From positions 682,001-746,000 of the forward strand of contig NOWV01000018.1 in NCBI GenBank assembly GCA_003344405.1: a stretch of 64,000 bases of DNA, written 5' to 3'. The position numbers and the translations under genes are program-made. Shown here one piece after another: positions 55,300-64,000 of this stretch (position 1 is its first letter; every line of letters begins with the position of its first letter). The notes under the pieces were generated by a model. The model worked only from the letters and a program-made list of their open reading frames with translations, did not search any database and was not told the origin of the DNA. The DNA is from Trichoplax sp. H2. Its lineage: Eukaryota.

Positions 55300-56535
55300 C
55301 TCTGCCTTCCCCCCGTTTGCTGTCACTGGCTTCAACTTGCTAATGCAGTCGCCTGGTGTACACTGTACACTGCCATGTCATGAACTGCGATACTCGACCG
55401 TGAAGTTCACACATACAGTACAGTGTACTGTACAGTACATGAGAAGAGAGGAATTCACCGAACAACGATACAGTACTGTACAGTGTACTGTACTATACTG
55501 TACTGTACGTCATTCTATCTGTCTTTCACTGCACAGTACAGTGAAAACCAACTCGCTACAGTACATACTTTCAGGGGGTGACAATTGGGTTTGTAAAGGC
55601 TGTACAGTACGTATTTCACTCACCCACAGTATTTTGCTGTCACTGGCTTCAACTTGCTAATGCAGTCGCCTACTGTACACAGTACAGTACACTGCCATGT
55701 CATGAACTGCCATACTGTACTCGACCGTGAAGTTCACACATACAGTACAGTATCTGTAGCGTACAGTACAGTGTACAGTACATGAGAAGAGAGGAATTCA
55801 CCGAACAACGATACTGTACTGTGTACTGTACTGTACAGTGTACAGTACTGTACGGTATTTCACTCACCCACAGTACAGTACAGTACATTATACAGTATAA
55901 TAATAATAATAATTAATTATTATTATTAACAATACAGTACACTAATGCCGTACAGTACGTTGCTGTGCACTGTGTGCCTATACAGTATTACAGTATTATT
56001 ATTATTAATCAAGTTTAATGTTAATAAATTTAATTTTACTTTTACAAAAGGTTAATATTATTTTTATTTGAGCTTGCTCTGCCCCCCCCCCCTTTTGCTG
56101 TCACTGGCTTCAACTTGCTAATGCAGTCGCCTGGTGTACAGTACTGTACACTGCCATGTCATGAACTGCCATACTCGACCGTGAAGTTCACACATACTGT
56201 ACACTGTACAGTGTCTGTAGTGTACAGTACAGTGTACAGTACTGTACATGAGAAGAGAGGAATTCACCGAACAACGATACAGTACTGTACAGTACTGTAT
56301 TTCACTCACCCACAGTACTGTACTGTACTGTATAATAATAGTAATTAATTATTATTATTAACAATACACAAATGCCGTACAGTACTGTACGGTACTGTGT
56401 AGTGTGTACTGTACAGTCTGTGTGTCTACACTGTACACTGTACTGTACAGTATTACAGTTTTATTATCAAGTTTACTGTTAATAAATTTAATTTTACTTT
56501 TACAAAAGGTTAATAATATTATTTGAGCTTGTTCA
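55300..56535. repeat. Three-copy high-identity tandem repeat (~320-460 bp units) interrupted by TA(CAG/CTG)TA insertions
   Basis: Copies start near 55316, 55632 and 56093 with TTTGCTGTCACTGGCTTCAACTTGCTAATGCAGTCGCC. They share CTCGACCGTGAAGTTCACACA and CATGAGAAGAGAGGAATTCACCGAACAACGA. Confidence 0.95.
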
Positions 56536-56957
56536 ATATTCAAAGTAACACAGTTGAACAGTGAATACTACACAAGTAGCCCGAAACTGAAGCCCTCAAA
56601 GCTATTCAATGCAGTCTAGAAATAGCCACACGAGTATACTGTACTGTATATAGCAATCACATCTCTGATTTCTCATCATTCCAAATGTGGCTGTATCGTC
56701 CTCGACTGTACTGTACTAAAATTTTGCAAGCCCGCTTTTTTCCCTGGCTTCGGTCTTTCCACATTCACCTGAATGAATAGTTGATACTGTACTGTACTAG
56801 TGCACATCTGAGGATCGTATTGTAGTCACAATTCCTCACAATAAGTAGAAGACAGCAGGGGACACAACGCATCCTTATTAAAAGGGTTATGGTCAGGGTT
56901 ACTCTCTCCGACGGATCAACACTTTGAACGACACGCACGTCTTAACCTCATCTCACC

Positions 56958-57106
56958 TACACTACAGTGTACAGTACAGTACAGTACAATATTGCAGAAC
57001 ACTATTCTGGCTGTACAGTACAGTACTGTACTGTACTGTACAGTGTACAGTATGTACAGTACTGTACACCCGTTGTCTAAAACTGTACCTTGTACAGTAC
57101 AGTACA
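56958..57106. repeat. TA(CAG/CTG/CAGTG/TG)TA concatemer
   Basis: For example CTGTACAGTACAGTACTGTACTGTACTGTACAGTGTACAGTATGTACAGTACTGTACA. Confidence 0.8.
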
Positions 57107-58673
57107 ATTCTGAACAATTGTATTACGTCAGTATTTCATGCGGGGTGGTCGACTAAAGAGCGTGCTGTTCAGGGGCGATGCTCCCCTACTGTAGCAAGAT
57201 CACACTTTTTCTCAACCCTGCTATGACTGCATAGTATATTACTGCCAGGGCGTCCACCATGACCCGACCCACTGGCTGACTTTGGCCCACAGTAGAGTTC
57301 ATATAGGCAAAGGAGACGATTAAGTACCCTAGCACTAACAACTGCCCTACCCAAAGTTGTCAGCAAAATACGAAAGTACATCATTAGTTATACGATAATT
57401 TGGAAGAATCGTCCTTAGCTTATTGCGCCAATTGGGTTTAACGATCTTCTACAGGTAAGTTGAAATTGCCACATGATTGATCTGGACTCATTCTGTATGT
57501 TTTATTGAGTCGTTAATGATGCTATTGAAATGGAACGAATGGACATGGTGCGTTTAGTTTGAAGTTATTTTTTTCCTTTTTCTTCATACTTGGATGATAT
57601 AGTCGTGGATGAGCGGCGCATACCGCTCACTACTGACAGTAGTATAGACTGACGTAGCTAGAGACACCCTATTGTATTGCTACACATAGTAGGAATGGAC
57701 ATGAGGAAATAAAGCCATGGCAGATACTATGGCTGTAATTCTTGTCTGAATCATTGGATAATCAATGATCGCTGATATGGACATGGCGACATCTTTTACG
57801 TCCATCTTCATCTTCAATTCAACTATCTAGTTGAACAGGAGTCATGGTATGGAGAAGTCATTTCCATCCTGTTGGAGCAATGACCATTGCCCTGATAAAC
57901 GTGTTGTCACACCGCACGGGTAGCTTCCCAACTTTTTCACTCTACGGTCAAGAGCATATTTGTATCTATCGCAGCCAGTAGTAGATCGTCTAGGGAGGCA
58001 AACAGAAAGTAATTTATCTTCATGACTAGACTACGCAGAATAGTATAGACACTTTTTGAACTAACTGTTCGTTCATTCTCCTTTCCACCAAGACAAGGAT
58101 CGATCAAGTATGGTACTTGATCGATCGATTGGTCATTGCATGATCAAATTGTCATTCAGTGCAATCACTACAGTACACTAGCAGGGACGAGCGTCTGATC
58201 CAATGGAGCCGGTTCCTTCAACCAATTCGTGGACAATTTTATTGTCATTGAAAGATTCTTGTTAATGCTAGGATACTACCCAATTAATTTCACTGCCAAT
58301 GTATTAGTTCTAGTACTAGTTTGCTTTCATCTTGCAATATCCAACAGTTTACTCATTTTCTTCATGAAAATCGACGACGCGTTGTAGTATTGACGTACAG
58401 CCTAGTAGACTACTGTACAGGCCATATACGACGCAAGCGGCAGATGTAAAGTCAATTTTACAATCAACGAACAGATTGCTATTTGTCAATCAATTCTATC
58501 ATTAATGTCATAAAAATCATCGACGTAAGCTGTACTATTTTATTTCGGGGAATTTTCAATTCTTTCATTATCAATTACTATACGATATCGCTGTTATTGT
58601 CGCTTTGAATTGAAAATGTTCTCTAATTTTGGCACTTGTTTTGCTTATAGGAATTCATCACCAATAACATTCG

Positions 58674-61600
58674 ATGGCTTCTAGAGGGCAACCTCAACGT
58701 CCTAATGGTAGTGGACAATCTAAAATATGCCAATTCAAGTTGGTTTTATTAGGTAATTCATTTTTCTACGCGAAAGCGTTATTGTACCAAGAGGAGTTTT
58801 TTAAACGTGATATATAAATCCTAAAATCTACTATAAACACACAGTATGTCAATAGCCGACGACAATCGTGTCTTTCGCAATATCGGAAGACGATACTCGA
58901 TAAGTGAAATCTTCTTATCATCATACGAGTTGGAAGATTGCCTTCCTTTATGCGTAGCTTGATGCTTCCGCATTTGGATAGTACTCCCCCATTAAACTTC
59001 ACGCTGATCGACAGAATGATGAACCATTTTTCCCCATCATACTCATAACGTCCACTGCATATTGCAATCGTACCTTCATATTCATACGAATAATAACCAG
59101 CATAAATTTCGAAAGCATGCAACTGTCTGAATCGTATTAATTCTATGCTTTCGTTATTTAATCATAATCAAATTTGAATATATTCTAGTCTAAGTGATGA
59201 ATGAATATTTTACCACTACTATACTTTATTATCAGACGTATGCAGTTCGAGCTTGGAATACGTCTTCAACCTTAGTTCTATCGTGCTGATCATAACTGTT
59301 ATTTTAGTATGTTGTTTTATGTAAGTTCACATGCGATATAGAGACTCTAGACTTTAGAGTGAAAGTTACGTTCCCATAGTGTTTAACGCTAGTATTTTTT
59401 ATGACGTCACACTTAAAATTAAAACTGAAGACAACATTGACTAGAGTATTGCATACTACAGCATACTACAGAATTGTATGAAAACAGTAAACATCCTGTC
59501 TCATCGATCTCAAACAAGCAAGGGGAATGGATCATGATGGCTGCACAAGATCAATCCTTTTTTAAATTTAATCGTTACTTACATTTACTGTACACCCATT
59601 TGGATGGTAAATTAAAAGATGTAATTGCTAGAAAAAGAATTTTTCGCACTTTTTCTGTCGGTGTACACATTACTATTTACCTTGATAAATAGCAAAAAGA
59701 AACTATTTCAGCATTGATTTTCCTCTTTTGCTTACTTGATAATTTGTAAAATTTTAAATTTTATAAATTTATCCTATGTGAATTATAATATGTATAAATA
59801 TTACGAATTCTATCGGCCGAAATATTAGGTGCCTCAGTAGCATGGGTGATTTAAAAATTCGAATTATAAAGGTTCTGAATTTTATGAGTTTATCAAAGAT
59901 AAATTATATTATCTTAAGCACGTATATTGCTCACTCGCATAAGCTGGCCGGTAGTAAAATGTCATAAGGTACATGTTCTACTACTGTACAGTAGAATCAA
60001 TTAAAAGTGACACTGAGAGTGGTTACATTTGTCTGATCATATTATTCCAATTCGTATATTCTGCGATCTCAGCAATATAATTTCAATTTATTCTGCTAAA
60101 ATTGTATAGGTGTGTCTACATGGCTTATAATGGCTATAATTTTTAAATAAACAGATAAATATTATATCTAGTGAAAGCTGCGTACAGTAATCGATTGGTC
60201 CTTAACGCATTGCATTCTTAGCAAAGACGAAAACATAAACTACTTGCAATTTTTATGCAGTGCGTGATCGTATTACGTAATATAAACCCGCTTAGAAGAT
60301 ATCTGTAGTTGAACTTAGAACGTTCTTATACAATACTTTAACTATATTTGGGGTTGCCCTCAAAACCTGTATTACTCATGGTCGGAATTACGTTCAATCG
60401 ATTTAAATCACTCGCGGTAGACTTTTTATACGTATACAGGATATAAATTACACTATCGACAAGATTCTCTCGATAATGATTAAAATTAAAAATAACGTAT
60501 AATAATCATTAACGGTTTATCCAAGTTTGATCCTGTAGCGTAATTTTATATACATGTATACAAAGGAATGAATTAATTTATGCGAGTTATGGTCGTTAAA
60601 TTTACGCTATTACAAAATATGCGAATTCGAATACTTCAAATTGCCATATAAGAAATATAAGCGGCGAAATTAACATAATATTGTGTATTTGATAGGTGAA
60701 TCTGCTGTTGGCAAATCAAGCTTAGTCTTGCGATTTGTTAAAGGTCAATTCCAGGAATATCAAGAAAGTACTATAGGAGGTAAGAAAAGCTCTTCCATTT
60801 GGAGAAATTACACTATCCATGACACAAAGATGAAACTGATTTAATTACTCAATTTAATCGAAAACATTACGTACTAAAATAATTCTACACTACTGAAAAT
60901 ATGTTAGACTAATGGTTGAAGTGTATAAACAATTTTAATCATAACATTAATGATATGATTATTACTTCTATATAGCTGCCTTCCTTACGCAGACGGTTTG
61001 TTTAGACGATGTTACTGTCAAATTTGAAATTTGGGATACAGCTGGACAAGAAAATATCTTTTTGATACTTCCATGTTGCGATTCTGTTCTCTTAATTTAT
61101 ATCTACAATTATGAATAGATCAACTTTATAATTCAATTCCTTGACTGCATTTTGTCGATATTTACGATATCATAGCTTGGCCCCTATGTACTATCGTGGA
61201 GCTCAGACTGCAATTGTTGTATATGATATATCCAACGCGGTAATATATATAAAGCAATAGCGACACCATCGAATTTGAATACTAATAATTATTCCTATCC
61301 CAATCCATTGTAGGAATCATTTCAACGTGCAAAAGCATGGGTTAAGGAATTACAACGTCAAGCTAGCCCTAACATCGTAATCGCATTAGCTGGTAACAAG
61401 GCAGATTTGGCTAATAAAAGGATGGTTGATGCTGATGTAAGAGTTAAAATCAATAATCATAAATATTATGATTCAGTTTTCACGCTAAATATTATATCTA
61501 CTGTATGATTAACCATAGGAGGCACAGGTTTACGCTGAAGAAAATGGGCTATTGTTTATGGAAACCTCCGCTAAAACTGCTATGAATGTAAACGAAATAT

Positions 61601-61797
61601 TTTTAGCTATCGGTAAGGACTACGTACTGAAAACCTCAACTAAGTGATCAAGTAATAATTTACAATCTTCTTTTTAAGCCAAAAAATTACCAAAATCTGA
61701 GCAAGGTGGTGGTGGCGCTGCTACTCAAGGTGGTGCGCGTGTTGTAGATATTAACAAACCTGCAAATAATTCTGGAGGAGGTGGTTGTTGTAAATAA
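58674..61797 (+). CDS. RAB5: Rab5 small GTPase
   Basis: Exons: 58674-58752, 60696-60779, 60976-61053, 61166-61239, 61314-61436, 61519-61612, 61679-61797. Motifs: [92 protein letters not shown], and C-terminal GCCK prenylation signal. Confidence 0.98.
61054..61165 (+). other. U12-type (minor spliceosome) AT-AC intron in Rab5
   Basis: The 5' end is ATATCTTTTT, the branch site TTCCTTGAC is at 61137-61145, and the 3' end is TTTAC. Removal restores GAA A|GA TAT CAT = E-R-Y-H. Confidence 0.95.
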
Positions 61798-63134
61798 GTT
61801 ATCAATGACGAAAGTACAAGGCTATCTATAGGGAGAGTAGATTGACGATAAATTTATTTCATATGGACAGTTTGCCTTATGCTGTATAATTTTCTTTCTT
61901 CGAGTCTCGGTTTCATGTAGCGAATGGATAGCTATATACCTATTCCTGCGGATATTATAGGAAATCTACGGTGTTAGTGATAAAATAGGCAACCTAAAAT
62001 TCGTATGCGTGCTTCACTTGATTGTATGGTTCTTCAATAACTAATTATATTAGATACTATAATAATACTGGAAGTGATGTTATAAACGGATTTTGCTATC
62101 TTACTACTAATTAAAGTAAACAGTCACACATACTATAAAAATTGTAACAGGTAAGATCATACTTGTGCTATAGTTGTAAGTCCTACTGTTCAATATCAAA
62201 TACCTATTGTAGTCATTACTAAAATTAAAATTTATAGTAGCGCTACCTTGACCTATTCTACGCATTTCATTACAATTAATATACTGTATGACTATCTTAA
62301 TAGCTGTCTAATATGAAAGTGTATTACCCAATGTTGTTATTGGGCTTCTTAATTGTATATCGAAATTAAAGTTACATTTTTTTAATTGTCATTCAAATGT
62401 AAGTGTTGCCAAGAATCTTTCTACTGCCGTAAAAATTCAGTATATTGTAGCTGTCTCAATGTAATGATTGGTAATCTGATTAAGATACTGAGGAAATAAA
62501 ATTGAATACCAAAAATTGGTACGTCACCCGTACTACTTATAAAAATAGTATACTTAACGTTAGGACAACAATATCAGATTCATAAATGGTGTTAGTATTT
62601 TATTTAATACTCGTTTGACCTTCATTGATCTAGCTCCTGATGTACAGTAAATTAGATTCAGCTCGGAAAGAGTTGATAGTAACAATTTTAAATATGCCCG
62701 TAAATTAATATTGTACAGCGTAATTTTACTCTACTGTATATCATGAAATAATATCCAATCGAAAAGTCTGGCCAGCGAGTCTTTAAGATTTGCTGACTTG
62801 TTAGATGTTATAATGATACGATAATAGATCCACAATAAAGCATTAACTGCATAGATGCATAGAGTTGCTATATCGATAGTAGCAAACAGCCCGCATCAAA
62901 CTACCGTATCATTGCCCATTATACAGTACAGAAGAAAGAAGGCATATGTAACTATACAATACATGCGCCCATGTATTCGCTAAATTGACATTACAATACT
63001 CAAATGTCGTTAAACATATCGTATTTACAGGAGTAGTTCATGGCATTTAGTGATCCGCGTAATTACATAATTTCTTCATGTTGAATCGTATGCATAAAAA
63101 TTATATACTTATTATCTCATAAAAATTGTTACTG

Positions 63135-64000
63135 CTATTTACCATCAACACCAAATATTATCTGAAACATTTCACCTAAATCATGATCTTGTAAATATTG
63201 AGAAAATTGTCCCAAATCCATATGATAATTACGACCTCCATGAACACTAAAAGCTACTTCTTCAAAAGATGTAAACTTTCGCTGTAAAGTATAGCTATCT
63301 TCACGATGCCTTGAAGTGATTCTTTTCCAATTCAGCCGTCGCAACCTAGCGAAATAATCCGATACAGCTTTTTCGTCGCCTTCAACACACAAAACGCCTG
63401 GCTTTCCGGGGAGACAAAACCCTATGTAAATTGAATACGATTAACTTCAGCTAGTGGCTGTGATTTCAAAGACTGGATCTTATGAGAATTACTATATAAA
63501 ATACAACTATAATCCAAATTCATATTATTTGTCCTCCAAAATGACAGCGCCTACAGTATGTTTTATCTAACAGTGCAAGCGTTGTATATGAGCTCGATCA
63601 ATTTAGACTAGTAAGAAATCGAATAAGCAAAGGATCTACAATGACTGCTACAGACTTGCAGTATCATGGTAGTATCGTTACACTTCAATACTCAGATCAT
63701 AAAGACAACTGAAACGCAGTTAATGCGCGTACTAATACAATTTTATATGAATTAGTAAATAAATTATTTTTATTTACCAGTAAGATTTAGCTCCTCTGCC
63801 CATTCAACTATGACTTTACGCTTGGTTTTGCTGTAAATATGATGCATATACAATAATAATCGGCTTAATTTGTTATCGCTTTCCGCTGAGATGGGTTCTT
63901 TTGGCAATGTTTTACTTGTACAGGCTGCACTATGGCTGATATAATTTGATAAATTTTCCTGTATCCACTGCAAAGTAGGTACAATGCATAATTCGCCAAG
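63135..64000 (-). CDS. RWDD2: RWD domain-containing protein 2-like (RWDD2A/B), 5' part beyond window end
   Basis: Exons >64000-63778 and 63421-63135. Motifs: LLLYMHHIYSKTKRKVIVEWAEELNLTG|FCLPGKPGVLCVEG, RLRRLNWKRI, FEEVAF, HMDLGQF, FQIIFGVDGK. Confidence 0.9.

Larger units (their letters stand above)
54846..57130. promoter_or_regulatory. Probable divergent promoter region KPNB1/RAB5
   Basis: The genes are head-to-head. CRE-like ACGTCA occurs at ~55151 and ~57125. A probable non-coding Rab5 exon ends at the CAG|GTAAGT donor at 57454/57455. Confidence 0.5.

Noticed and set aside
55565-55576. ATACTTTCAGGG resembling the U3 snoRNA 5' end
   Set aside because: No downstream U3 boxes or structure.
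56880-56902. Telomerase-template-like TAACCCT words on the minus strand
   Set aside because: Neither extends to a 1.5-repeat template (TAACCCTGA, TAACCCTTT), and no pseudoknot or H/ACA domain is recognisable.
55337-57226. ORFs rich in YSTVQ/CTVLY
   Set aside because: These are translations of the TACAG/TACTG concatemers on both strands, not proteins.
58766-59122. 118 aa antisense ORF in a Rab5 intron
   Set aside because: It has a non-ATG start, no domain similarity I can recognise, and no supporting splice pattern.

Overview
This is AT-rich, intron-dense eukaryotic (metazoan) DNA with mostly ~60-300 nt introns. Its style suggests a compact early-branching animal genome, probably a placozoan, which is an inference only. 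Genes reconstructed by hand from splice sites and remembered family motifs, in window order: RasGRF (-, runs off the left edge, 12.4 kb first intron), tRNA-Ala(AGC) (-), mitochondrial-type NADP-isocitrate dehydrogenase (+), ADAT3/Tad3 (-), NUB1 (+), Haspin (+), importin beta-1 (-), Rab5 (+) and an RWDD2-like gene (-, runs off the right edge). Four observations stand out. (1) Dense runs of TA-CAG-TA / TA-CTG-TA units cluster at promoters. Alignment of a three-copy tandem repeat shows these units inserted at single TA dinucleotides, which fits iterated Tc1/mariner insertion-excision footprints. (2) Rab5 has a U12-type AT-AC intron splitting the DTAGQER motif. (3) Many introns are expanded by intron-specific degenerate tandem arrays, one of which carries a conserved hairpin. 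(4) A GC-rich structured island upstream of Rab5 may be a small RNA. No database searches were run, and exon coordinates are hand-derived and may be off by a few bases.
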